The notes under the pieces: model-generated
Seen by the model: only the letters and a program-made list of their open reading frames with translations
What the model was told of the DNA's origin: nothing
The model's database searches: none
Position numbers and translations under genes: made by a program
DNA from: Oceaniferula sp.
Lineage (GTDB): Bacteria > Verrucomicrobiota > Verrucomicrobiia > Verrucomicrobiales > Akkermansiaceae
Assembly: GCA_965657565.1 (NCBI GenBank)
Contig: CBFHPA010000005.1
Span: forward strand, 7,456-71,455
Direction: 5' to 3'
Length of the DNA stretch: 64,000 nucleotides
Shown here: positions 47,478-56,724 of the stretch, piece after piece
Layout: every line of letters begins with the position of its first letter
Position numbering within the stretch: position 1 is the stretch's first letter

Positions 47478-49397
47478 ATGACTAGTTCATCAACACCCCC
47501 TCCAACCAACCCTTTTGATGATGCCTTTGATCTACTTGGGCATGGATCTCAAGTGACAACGGAGAGTATCCACAAGCATGAGCTGGATCGTCTCTCCGAT
47601 TTGCTTTCTGGTAATGGTAAATGCGCGGGACGTGTCATTTTGTTGCGCTCTCCAAGGGCTGGGTTTGGCAAGACTCATTTATTGAATCGCCTGAAAAAAC
47701 GCCTCGCCGATTCTTCTGAGTTCATAGCGCTCAAGCTCATCAAGGGTCGTTATGTCAATGATGAGCTCGTTTTAGATGCCGTTTTGCGTAAATTATCGAG
47801 GCTGTATCCAGAGTCGGATGGCTTAACCTACTTGGATGTTTTTGCGCGTCGCATATTCGCGGAGGGACTCGGCCCGCTCGTTCTCTCTGGCGAAGTGCCA
47901 AGCCAAGATCGAGAAGGTTCATTCGAGTCGATAAAGAATCAGCCCGTGGAGACATTCGATTTCCATAACGCTCAAGCTGCTACTGCGCAGTGGGCTGCAT
48001 CTAATTTCTCCTTGCTTGGTCCGCGCATTTCCATGGAGCTCGCTGAGCAAGCAGAGTCCAGATACCGAGCGGTAGCGTGGTGGGTTGAGCTGCTGTTTCG
48101 CTACAGCACGGCACCATCTGAACATGGTAGTCGAACGGGCTCATTGTTCAAAACTGTTTTCAATCGTCAGCATGACCATACGAATACGCATGAGAAAACG
48201 GAGATGCATGAGAAACTGGTTACTTTTTTGAACCTTCTGGGCCTTGTGACAAATCCAATTGTCCTTCTTGATCAAGTCGAGGGGATATCCAATAGCCCCG
48301 AGTCCGGTATAGAACTCGTTACGTTTCTCAACGTATTGCATCAATCATGCAAAAATTTAAATATCATTGTCAGTGTCAATGGCGATGTGTGGCAAACTGG
48401 TTTTTTGCCCAGTATTCCATGTGCTTACAAAGATCGCATGGAAGACAATGCGGTTGATTTAAAACCAATTAGTAAAGAGCAAGCCATGGAAATATTGCGT
48501 GACCGTGCTGGCGATCGCGCAGAATCGATAGCTACTTCAATCGATTTTGGTTTTGGTGTTGTTTACCCACGGGGTGTGGTTCGTGCTGCTGCAGGAGCTT
48601 GGGCCGAGGTGGATGCTGGCAAGCCAGATGGAAAAAGCGCCGAGGTTAACTTTTCTGAGGCCATCAATTCCAGTGAAGCATTTTCAGCTGAAGACACGGA
48701 AGAGCCCGTTTTTGGTGCTTCAAACGATGAGGGGAAGGACCAAGAGCCGGTTGAATTCAGCGCCGATGAGCTCGCAGCTGATGAGGCGATAGACAGTCAT
48801 GCCGCCACTGAAAGCTTTGTTGACGTTATTGCTGCCAATACTGGCATAGCGGATTCGATTGAGCTTGATCAGGGTGAGGGGACCATAACTCAGTCAGATG
48901 ATTCTCTGCTAATCGGGTCAGAGGTGTTTTCGCAAGCGCCTGAAAAAACGGCAAAGACTAGCTCAGATGTGCCATTTAAGCCATTGTTTGCCATGGAGGA
49001 AGAGGCCACAGTGAATATTCAAGCTGAAGCTCATGAAGATGAGATGAAATCCAAAGCTGAGGATAAGCAAGAGTCTCCATTCAGCATTGTCGATGACACT
49101 GAGAATAGTGAAACCATGAGCCAGGATCTTCCTGTGGTCTCCCCATTTAGTATCTATGATCCTAATGAATCTAGTGAGGTAGAAGAAGTAGAAGAAGTAG
49201 AAGAAGTAGAAGAAGTAGAAGAAGTAGAAGAAGTAGAAGCCGATGCGAAAAGTGCTTGGAATGATTTAGCAGATCTTGCTGCGAGCATGCCAAAAGCTCC
49301 AGAGGCTGAAGTTCGTCCCCACACGGTGACTGAGGAGGATCATGAGAGAATTGAAGATCTCCTGAGGCAATTCCGCGATCGGTACGGTAGGGAATAG
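47478..49397 (+). CDS. P-loop NTPase-like protein with a long acidic, disordered C-terminal half
   Basis: 639 aa. AAA_16-like Walker A RSPRAGFGKTHLL and candidate Walker B PIVLLDQVEG. The C-terminal 260 aa are rich in D/E/S and contain an (EEV)6 repeat. Confidence 0.6.
   Translation: MTSSSTPPPTNPFDDAFDLLGHGSQVTTESIHKHELDRLSDLLSGNGKCAGRVILLRSPRAGFGKTHLLNRLKKRLADSSEFIALKLIKGRYVNDELVLDAVLRKLSRLYPESDGLTYLDVFARRIFAEGLGPLVLSGEVPSQDREGSFESIKNQPVETFDFHNAQAATAQWAASNFSLLGPRISMELAEQAESRYRAVAWWVELLFRYSTAPSEHGSRTGSLFKTVFNRQHDHTNTHEKTEMHEKLVTFLNLLGLVTNPIVLLDQVEGISNSPESGIELVTFLNVLHQSCKNLNIIVSVNGDVWQTGFLPSIPCAYKDRMEDNAVDLKPISKEQAMEILRDRAGDRAESIATSIDFGFGVVYPRGVVRAAAGAWAEVDAGKPDGKSAEVNFSEAINSSEAFSAEDTEEPVFGASNDEGKDQEPVEFSADELAADEAIDSHAATESFVDVIAANTGIADSIELDQGEGTITQSDDSLLIGSEVFSQAPEKTAKTSSDVPFKPLFAMEEEATVNIQAEAHEDEMKSKAEDKQESPFSIVDDTENSETMSQDLPVVSPFSIYDPNESSEVEEVEEVEEVEEVEEVEEVEADAKSAWNDLADLAASMPKAPEAEVRPHTVTEEDHERIEDLLRQFRDRYGRE
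49182..49235 (+). repeat. Perfect 9-bp tandem repeat (gaagaagta) x6, in frame, encoding (EEV)6
   Basis: Read directly from the sequence: six identical units, flanked by the related gaggta upstream and gaagcc downstream. Confidence 0.95.
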
Positions 49398-49528
49398 GCT
49401 GAAAGCATGCCGGGCTACCAGTGCTCAATGGGTAGTGCTTATGATGATTCTGTAATCATCCCGTTGTTTTTTTGGGTCCGATGAGGATTTGCACTTGTCA
49501 TTCGGTGGCTCCATCTATTTATTTACTC

Positions 49529-50983
49529 ATGGCGCAGATCTCACTTGGATTATCTTTTGATGACGTATTGCTCACCCCTCGCTACAGCGGTGTTTTGCCC
49601 GGTGACGCAGATTTAAAAACCAGCTTGGCACCTGAAATATGCCTGAACATACCGGTTGTGTCTGCCGCTATGGATACTGTATCAGAAACGGAACTAGCCA
49701 TTGCGCTTGCCCAGGAAGGTGGTATCGGGGTCATTCATCGCAACAATGGCATTGAAGAGCAGGCTGCCATGGTGCTCAAGGTGAAGCGCTCCGAGAGTGC
49801 TGTCATTCACAAGCCTTACACAGTCTCTAAAAACCAAACGGTTGCGCAGCTGCGCTTCATTATGGATGAGCAAGGCTTCTCTGGCTTTCCTGTGGTCGAT
49901 GCGGAAGGTAAACTCGAGGGTATGGTAACAGGTCGCGATGTCCGCCACATGGCAGACGATGCCGCAACCATTTCGGAGGTAATGACGCCTCTGGAGCGTT
50001 TGGTTACTTCTCATCAAAATACAGAGCTCAGGGAAGCTCGAGCAACTCTCTATGAGAATAGAATCGAGAAGCTGCCATTGATTAATGACGAGGGGGTATT
50101 GACAGGTTTAATCACAGGAGCAGATATCGAAAAGCGTATCACCTTCACCAATGCGGCTAAAGATCCCAACGGCCAGTTGCGCTGTGGTGCAGCTGTAGGT
50201 GTTGGTCCAGATTGCGTTGAGAGGGGGCAAGCATTAATCGACGCAGGAGCAGATGCTTTATTTATCGATGCAGCAACCGGCCATACCAGTCGCGTGATAG
50301 AAGTGATTGGAAAGTTGCGCGAGTTGAGTGATGTGCCAGTGATTGCAGGCAATGTGGTAACAGCAGAGGGGGCAAAAGATTTAGTGGAGGCTGGAGCTTC
50401 TGCACTCAAGGTGGGGGTTGGGCCCGGATCTATTTGCACTACGCGAGTGATTTCTGGAGTGGGGATGCCTCAATTTACAGCAATTCAAAATGTTTCCTCT
50501 TACTGTAGAGAAAAGGGTATACCGGTCATTGCAGACGGTGGTATTCGATATTCAGGGGATATCGCCAAAGCGCTTGCAGCGGGAGCTGATTTGGTGATGC
50601 TCGGGTCAATTTTAGCTGGCACTCGTGAGAGTCCCGGTGCAACGGTTCATTATCAAGGGCGGAGATTTAAATCATACCGTGGAATGGGTTCAGTCGGAGC
50701 GATGAGAAAAGGTTCAGGTGATCGTTATGGCCAGAACAGTTCCGGTAAGCTGGTTGCTGAAGGCGTCGAAGGTAGGGTTCCCTACAAAGGACCTCTTTCG
50801 GAAGTGGTGTTCCAGCTCATGGGTGGGCTCAAATCTGGGATGGGCTATGTTGGAGCATCAAATCTCGAAGAGCTTCGCGACCGCGCGAAATTCACCCAGA
50901 TTACCTCAGGCGGCTTGAAAGAAAGTCACGTGCATGACATCACCATTACAGAGGAGCCAGTTAACTACCAGCCGTCTGCATAA
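49529..50983 (+). CDS. guaB: IMP dehydrogenase
   Basis: Start placed at [20 protein letters not shown] pair, catalytic loop [11 protein letters not shown], and [17 protein letters not shown]. Confidence 0.95.
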   Translation: MAQISLGLSFDDVLLTPRYSGVLPGDADLKTSLAPEICLNIPVVSAAMDTVSETELAIALAQEGGIGVIHRNNGIEEQAAMVLKVKRSESAVIHKPYTVSKNQTVAQLRFIMDEQGFSGFPVVDAEGKLEGMVTGRDVRHMADDAATISEVMTPLERLVTSHQNTELREARATLYENRIEKLPLINDEGVLTGLITGADIEKRITFTNAAKDPNGQLRCGAAVGVGPDCVERGQALIDAGADALFIDAATGHTSRVIEVIGKLRELSDVPVIAGNVVTAEGAKDLVEAGASALKVGVGPGSICTTRVISGVGMPQFTAIQNVSSYCREKGIPVIADGGIRYSGDIAKALAAGADLVMLGSILAGTRESPGATVHYQGRRFKSYRGMGSVGAMRKGSGDRYGQNSSGKLVAEGVEGRVPYKGPLSEVVFQLMGGLKSGMGYVGASNLEELRDRAKFTQITSGGLKESHVHDITITEEPVNYQPSA

Positions 50984-51052
50984 ACGTCACTGCTGGGTAC
51001 TCGTTATTTACAGATAGTAAAAATAGATCAGAGTTATTTATATCCATATTTT

Positions 51053-52576
51053 ATGATAGAAAACAATCATGTAGCCGTTTTTGATTTTGGTTCGCAATAC
51101 ACTCAACTCATTGTGAGGAGGGTTCGTGAATTGGGGTTTTTCGCCAAACTTTATGAGCCTGAGGAGATCGCATCCATTGGTCAACCTGGTGCAATTATCT
51201 TGTCAGGTGGACCGAAGAGCACGAGCGATGAAGATGCTCCAGATATTGATTTTGAAGCGCTTGATGCCTTCGGTGTTCCTGTGTTGGGTGTCTGCTATGG
51301 GATGCAGCTCCTCAATATCAAGTTCGGCGGTACTGTTAAATCAAGTAATCGTCGAGAGTATGGACCCGCGGAATTGAAGCCCCTAGCTAGTGAAGGACTC
51401 TATGAGGGGATCTCTCATGAGTCTCAAGTATGGATGAGTCATTCAGATACGGTTAGTAATTTGCCGAGTGAGTGCCAAGTGCTTGCATGCAATAAGGAAG
51501 AGACACCAGTTTCATTGAAGTGGGGTGATCGATATTACGGCATTCAGTTCCACCCAGAGGTCACACACAGTCATGAAGGTCTTCGCATTTTGCATAACTT
51601 TCTGCTCCAAGCGGAGGTCCTCGAGGAATTCAGAATCGAGGATTTCAAAAGAGAGCTGATTGAGGAGATACGCGAGAAGGTGGGTGATAGACAGGTGGTA
51701 TGCGGGGTCAGTGGTGGAGTGGACAGCACGGTATTGGCTGTTCTTTTAAAAGAGGCAGGTGTGAATGTGCGCGCTATCTTTGTTGATCATGGGCTAATGC
51801 GCCTAGATGAAGGTGATGAGGTTCGCAACAACTTCCACCGCATGGGCGTGGAGATTGAAACAGTGGAGTGCTCTGAGTTGTTCCTCGGGAAGCTGGCAGG
51901 TGTGTCTGACCCAGAGGAAAAACGCAAAATTATCGGTAATCTGTTTATTGATGTATTTTGGGATACGGTGGGTAATGCTGAAATGTTAGCGCAGGGAACA
52001 CTTTACCCTGATGTGATTGAGTCTGCGTCCAATGCCAAATCCAAGGCTTCTAAGATCAAAACGCATCACAACCGAGTGCCGCGCATTCTTGAGCTTCAGA
52101 AACAAGGTAAGGTGCTCGAGCCACTCGCGGAGCTGTTTAAAGATGAAGTTCGTGAGCTAGGTGCGTCTCTCGGTATTCCGCATGATATTCTTCACCGTCA
52201 CCCATTTCCTGGTCCAGGTTTGGCGGTTAGATGCCCAGGTGATATTACAGAAAAGAAATTGAGAATTATCAGAGAGTGCGACTCGATCTTTATCAGCCGT
52301 CTTAAAGATCATGGCTGGTATGACAAGGTATGGCAGGCTTATGCAGGACTTATTCCAGTGAAGACAGTTGGGGTTAAAGGTGACGAACGCAGTTATGAGT
52401 GGGCTATAAGCCTCAGGGCTGTAGTGAGCGAGGATGCTATGACTGCTGATTGGGTAGAGCTACCATCTGCTCTATTACGTGAGACTAGCAACCGCATCCT
52501 CAATGAGGTTGATGGAATTAATCGGGTATTGTACGACATATCGACAAAGCCACCTGCGAGTATCGAGTGGGAATAG
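51053..52576 (+). CDS. guaA: GMP synthase (glutamine-hydrolysing)
   Basis: 507 aa. GATase motif GVCYGMQLL, ATP-PPase motif SGGVDSTV, and C-terminal KPPASIEWE. Confidence 0.95.
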   Translation: MIENNHVAVFDFGSQYTQLIVRRVRELGFFAKLYEPEEIASIGQPGAIILSGGPKSTSDEDAPDIDFEALDAFGVPVLGVCYGMQLLNIKFGGTVKSSNRREYGPAELKPLASEGLYEGISHESQVWMSHSDTVSNLPSECQVLACNKEETPVSLKWGDRYYGIQFHPEVTHSHEGLRILHNFLLQAEVLEEFRIEDFKRELIEEIREKVGDRQVVCGVSGGVDSTVLAVLLKEAGVNVRAIFVDHGLMRLDEGDEVRNNFHRMGVEIETVECSELFLGKLAGVSDPEEKRKIIGNLFIDVFWDTVGNAEMLAQGTLYPDVIESASNAKSKASKIKTHHNRVPRILELQKQGKVLEPLAELFKDEVRELGASLGIPHDILHRHPFPGPGLAVRCPGDITEKKLRIIRECDSIFISRLKDHGWYDKVWQAYAGLIPVKTVGVKGDERSYEWAISLRAVVSEDAMTADWVELPSALLRETSNRILNEVDGINRVLYDISTKPPASIEWE

Positions 52577-52607
52577 CTTAGCATGATTTTTTGACAGCAG
52601 CGTAGAG

Positions 52608-53291
52608 ATGAGGTGCCCACGATGCGTCCAAGGAATCCACCGCAGTGCCGCGCAGTGCCCTCATTGCGGTTTCGCTCTATCTGACCTCAATGAAATCTAT
52701 GGAGCTGATGAAGTCAGCCTAAAGCGCCTTACTGACGTTGCCGGAGCACTTCGTCTCAGGGAGAGGCGTAAATTGGAGCATGAGCTTGATTTGTTTCAGC
52801 TTAGCTTTCCACAGTTGTTTTTTAGCATCTATTATGGGGCACTTGAGGATAGAACAAATATACGGCAATTCGGTCTGTGGCTGCTTAATCATGCTGCTTA
52901 TGAGGACTTAGAAATTAGCCGGCCTAATGATGGTGGGGTTCTTTTGTTGGTAGATCTTAATACCAAAGTGGCATCGATTACTTTTGGTTACCTGCTTGAC
53001 CCTTATCTCAGCGAAGAAGATACCTTTAATGTTCTGGCAAAGGCTCATCCCCATTTGCTTCAAGGAAACTACCTCAAAGCAACATTGATAATCATCAAGC
53101 AGTTGTCGCGTATCTTAAGAAAAAAATCAAGGCAAGCAAACCGCCATCCAGAATTGATTAATGCGATGACAAGCCAAGATTCAGGCACGTCACGTGAGCT
53201 GAAAAGAATCAGGCCGAATCGTAGCTTAGAGGATGGATCAAATCTGAGTGGCAATAAGCTATCTCAGCAGAAAAAGGGGAGTGTGGAGTAA
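52608..53291 (+). CDS. Zinc-ribbon plus TPM-domain protein
   Basis: 227 aa. MRCPRCVQ...CPHCG zinc ribbon, then a TPM-like pattern (LTDVAGAL...ERRKLEHELDLF...NDGGVLLLVDLNTKVASITFGY). Confidence 0.55.
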   Translation: MRCPRCVQGIHRSAAQCPHCGFALSDLNEIYGADEVSLKRLTDVAGALRLRERRKLEHELDLFQLSFPQLFFSIYYGALEDRTNIRQFGLWLLNHAAYEDLEISRPNDGGVLLLVDLNTKVASITFGYLLDPYLSEEDTFNVLAKAHPHLLQGNYLKATLIIIKQLSRILRKKSRQANRHPELINAMTSQDSGTSRELKRIRPNRSLEDGSNLSGNKLSQQKKGSVE

Positions 53292-54346
53292 TGAGGCTAG
53301 CCAGGTTAAGCCTCTCACTGGTCTTGATGTTGGCATGGGCGCCGGTATTTGCCGAGTCACTTCCACAATGGAAAGACGAGGATTACGAACGCTTACGCAG
53401 GGGTGAAATTATCGCGGGTATCGATATTCTGGTAGAAGATAAAGAGGTGATGGCTTCCCTGCAGCTGAGCCTGTCTGATGAGGTTTTGCCAGTGCTGCCG
53501 GAGGACGCTATTGTGGTCTATGATCCTAAGATAGTACCGGACGATTTCTTAGAGCGTTATTTTAAGCCTTCAGAAGATTATTTGATCGACCCTCAAAAGT
53601 TACTTTCTAGTCAGGAGTATTTAGATCAGCAGGGTTTTCTCAATTACCATGCAGAGAACTCGTCCTTGAAAATTAAGATATATCTCTTCGATGGGGAGCA
53701 GAATTTGCCCAGCTCTCACACGATAGATGAAATTTGTGACAAGTTATACGCTGATCAAGCACTCACTGCAGTTGTTTTTTGCTTTATGGGAAACCCCGAT
53801 AGGAACCAGCTGAGTCTCACAGGCAGTGGTTCTGGTGAGATTACGCGTGCGGATCAGCGTAGTATACTCGAGCAAGCCCGGATCAAAGCAGCCAGCAAAT
53901 CCGATCCTGTTATGCAGCTCGAGTCATTTGCCGTGCAGCTGTCGATCAGCTTGTTTTGGATGGAAGAAGATTTGGAAAAAGTAATGGCTAGCCTTGCTGC
54001 TGAGAAGAGTAGAGCGCTTGCCGAGAAAGCATGGCAATCAAATGAAAAAATCGGGCAGGTTGATGTGGTTACTGCAGATGATGGCAAAGGATTTGAAATG
54101 ATAAGAAATTTGCTGCATTGGTTTGTTTTGGGTCTTGTTGGGCTACTATGTATATTGCTTGCAGGTATGGTTTTTTGGAGAAGATGGAGGAAGTCACAAC
54201 GATTCCTTTTCCCAGTCATGGAATTACCTAAGAGGCTGGGAGCGAATTATGCTGCAGGTGTTGGTGCAGTTCTTATATTCCATAAAAAATTAGGATCTCC
54301 GTCCAAGCAGCGAGACCAGATACCAGACTATCTGAGACGCATGTAA
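53291..54346 (+). CDS. Secreted, membrane-anchored TPM-like domain protein
   Basis: 351 aa. Signal peptide LMLAWAPVFA, a TPM-like segment (LIDPQKLLSSQEYLDQQGFL...KIKIYLF), and a TM helix WFVLGLVGLLCILLAGMVFW. Its start overlaps the previous stop (TAATG). Confidence 0.5.
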   Translation: MRLARLSLSLVLMLAWAPVFAESLPQWKDEDYERLRRGEIIAGIDILVEDKEVMASLQLSLSDEVLPVLPEDAIVVYDPKIVPDDFLERYFKPSEDYLIDPQKLLSSQEYLDQQGFLNYHAENSSLKIKIYLFDGEQNLPSSHTIDEICDKLYADQALTAVVFCFMGNPDRNQLSLTGSGSGEITRADQRSILEQARIKAASKSDPVMQLESFAVQLSISLFWMEEDLEKVMASLAAEKSRALAEKAWQSNEKIGQVDVVTADDGKGFEMIRNLLHWFVLGLVGLLCILLAGMVFWRRWRKSQRFLFPVMELPKRLGANYAAGVGAVLIFHKKLGSPSKQRDQIPDYLRRM

Positions 54347-54467
54347 TGCTTCATTTTATAGGGTTTATCATCAGAAAAAATGAAAAGATTCATTTAATGC
54401 CCCTTTGGTTAATAAATTACTTTACGAAGTTTATTCTGGTGATAAATCTCCTCACGTTCCCTCAAAG

Positions 54468-54548
54468 GAACAGACAGTCCGATTGGTATTGGATCATACA
54501 GGTTAGGGGGTTTCCTGGTGGTTTAGCTAGTCGGACTGTTCTTTTTTT
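54468..54548 (+). terminator. Long bulged hairpin followed by a T7 run (terminator or small structured RNA)
   Basis: gaac-agac-agtccga (54468-54482) pairs with tcggact-gttc (54531-54541) around a 48-nt loop, then ttttttt (54542-54548). It lies inside a 242-bp intergenic region. Confidence 0.3.
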
Positions 54549-54618
54549 GGCTGTTTGCTAGAAGCTTGGAGACTAAAACCACCTTGAGTTGGTTGCGACC
54601 ATAGGGTATAGAATTAGC

Positions 54619-55635
54619 ATGATTTGGTCTGACTTTCTGTTCGCGAGATGTTCATCTCTCAGGTCATGCTTGATGATTTTAGCACTCTGCTGTTTAGCCA
54701 TTGTTGATGGTCTGGCCTCTGACGATTTGTATTTCAACCAACTGGAGGTGCCCGAAACAAAGAGTGATCTCAAAGCGATACAAGGTGCGCTGATCGAAAA
54801 TCTAGAAGCATGTAAGGCTGCAACAGTAAGTATTCGTATAGGAGAGGGATTTGGTAGCGGTGTTATTATTTCGAAAGATGGATTAATACTCAGTGCTGCG
54901 CATGTCACGGCTGGGGTCAGCGAGGAAATGACAGTTATTCTCAATGATGGTACTGAGCATAAAGCAATTTCGATGGGCTTGCACTCAGGGACAGACGCTG
55001 CGATGTTACGCATTGATGGAGAAGGGGATTTCGCTTTTGTCGAAATAAATAAAGACAACGACTACAAATTAGGTCACTGGGTTTTCGCATTAGGGCATGC
55101 TGGAGGCTTTGACTTAGAACGTGGCCCAGTTGTGAGACTTGGTAGGATCACGATGGCTAATGAATCAACTCTCCATAGTGATTGTAAGGTGATCGGTGGT
55201 GATTCTGGGGGCCCACTTTTTGATATGGGGGGACTGTTGATCGGCATACACAGCCGTGTGCAGGCAAGTGTTGAGCAAAACATGCATGTTCCTATGCGTG
55301 AGTATCTTACGCACTGGGATGCGTTGGAGGCGAATGAGTTTTTGGGCAATGGTCCGTATGCAAAGCCTAAAGTGAAAGGGACAGGCTTTCTCGGCGTGGC
55401 TTTATCAGATACAGATGATGGGTTGATGATAGAGGAGATGCTGGAGGCAGGCCCTGCTGCAGAATCTGGGTTGCAGGTTGGTGATATTGTGCTGGAGTTT
55501 GAGGGTAACGAGATTAACAAAAAAGAGGAATTTCAAATGCTGCTCAAAGAAAAGGCAAGCGGCGAGAAGGTAGAAATCCTTGTGCTGAGAGAGGGACAGG
55601 AGCATGTTATCGTCGTCAATCTAGGTGAAAAGTAG
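54619..55635 (+). CDS. HtrA/DegP-like trypsin-fold serine protease with a C-terminal PDZ domain
   Basis: Start placed at MIWSDFLF...CCLAIVDGLA (signal peptide). Triad contexts LSAAHVT, TDAAMLRI and GGDSGGPLFD. PDZ motif GPAAESGLQVGDIVLEF. Confidence 0.8.
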   Translation: MIWSDFLFARCSSLRSCLMILALCCLAIVDGLASDDLYFNQLEVPETKSDLKAIQGALIENLEACKAATVSIRIGEGFGSGVIISKDGLILSAAHVTAGVSEEMTVILNDGTEHKAISMGLHSGTDAAMLRIDGEGDFAFVEINKDNDYKLGHWVFALGHAGGFDLERGPVVRLGRITMANESTLHSDCKVIGGDSGGPLFDMGGLLIGIHSRVQASVEQNMHVPMREYLTHWDALEANEFLGNGPYAKPKVKGTGFLGVALSDTDDGLMIEEMLEAGPAAESGLQVGDIVLEFEGNEINKKEEFQMLLKEKASGEKVEILVLREGQEHVIVVNLGEK

Positions 55636-55649
55636 CTGCTTGTAGTGCC

Positions 55650-56702
55650 ATGGAAGATACACACATTATGACATCTAAGATTGTTTCATACGTCACAATC
55701 CTGTTTCGTATTGCGCTTGTTACAGTCACTTGGTTGATGCCTTTGCAGATAGCTTTCTCCCAGAGTGGGTTGCCTGCTGAGCAGCGTATCAATGGTAAGC
55801 GGGTGTGGGCTGCTTTTGAAGAACAGCGAGAGATTCTGCAGCGAAGTAGTGCGGTGATCTACACGGATGAAAAATCTAGAATAAAATCTCTCTATGGCGT
55901 TGTGGTCAGGGAAGATGGTTATGTTTTGACCAAGGCTAGTGAAATTGAGGGAGCTGCGGCCCTGAGTTTGCGTATTGGTAGTCAGCTCTATACTGAGGTT
56001 GAACGATTAGCTGTGGATGATGACTGGGATGTTGCATTGCTCAAGATTGCACCTGCAGAGCCTTTGAGCCCAGTTGATTTGGCTGATGATGATATAGAGC
56101 TGGGGCGATGGGTGGTTTCCAATGGGTCCACTACGCGCAGTAATAGGCGTCTTCGTGTGGGCATTGTCAGTGCCGAATCACGAGAAATTACTGAGACTAA
56201 AAGCCGCGTAGTTATGGGTGTTGAATTTGAAAAAGATGAGGCGGTAAAATGGAGAGTGGCTAATGTTAGCAAAGGAATGGGGGCCGAGGAGGCAGGTCTT
56301 AAAGCTGGGGATGTCTTCGTCTCGGTAGATGGGGTCGATCTTGTGGAGAGGCAAGACCTTCTTGAGGTGTTGCAGGGTAAGTTGCCAGGAGACAATGTTG
56401 CGGTAGATTTCATGCGTGGATCAGAGCTTATGAGCTTGGATGTAAATCTCTCGGAGAGGGTTTCTAGAATGACTCGTAACGATCAAATGAGTGGAGGCGA
56501 GGATCAGCTCTCGGCTCGCCGATCTGAGTTCCCCAGAGTTCTACACCATGATACGCCGCTGACGAAGGTCTCTGTGGGTGGGCCACTGCTCGACTTAGAT
56601 GGTGTATGTGTGGGTATGAATATTGCGCGTGCGAGCAGGGTTGCGACTTTTGCCATACCAGCTCTTGAGCTCAAGGCGCTGATTTCTGGCCTGATCGAGT
56701 AA
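55650..56702 (+). CDS. HtrA-like paralogue lacking the catalytic His and Ser, with the PDZ domain inserted within the protease fold
   Basis: 350 aa. LTKASEI occupies the His position, WDVALLKI retains the Asp, and HHDTPLTKVSVGGPLLD occupies the position of ..D....GNSGGPL. The PDZ-like segment (GMGAEEAGLKAGDVFVSVDG) lies between GIVSAESR and the VSVGGP motif. Confidence 0.7.
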   Translation: MEDTHIMTSKIVSYVTILFRIALVTVTWLMPLQIAFSQSGLPAEQRINGKRVWAAFEEQREILQRSSAVIYTDEKSRIKSLYGVVVREDGYVLTKASEIEGAAALSLRIGSQLYTEVERLAVDDDWDVALLKIAPAEPLSPVDLADDDIELGRWVVSNGSTTRSNRRLRVGIVSAESREITETKSRVVMGVEFEKDEAVKWRVANVSKGMGAEEAGLKAGDVFVSVDGVDLVERQDLLEVLQGKLPGDNVAVDFMRGSELMSLDVNLSERVSRMTRNDQMSGGEDQLSARRSEFPRVLHHDTPLTKVSVGGPLLDLDGVCVGMNIARASRVATFAIPALELKALISGLIE

Positions 56703-56724
56703 GATAGTTTTTCCTTGTGCCCAC

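Noticed and set aside
49182-49235. Possible CRISPR-like or regulatory repeat array
   Set aside because: The units are 9 bp, directly abutting with no spacers, and in frame within a coding sequence. This is a coding microsatellite, not CRISPR.
49171-49428. Minus-strand 85-aa ORF with a poly-Leu run
   Set aside because: It is the antisense reading of the (gaagaagta)6 repeat inside a longer plus-strand ORF.
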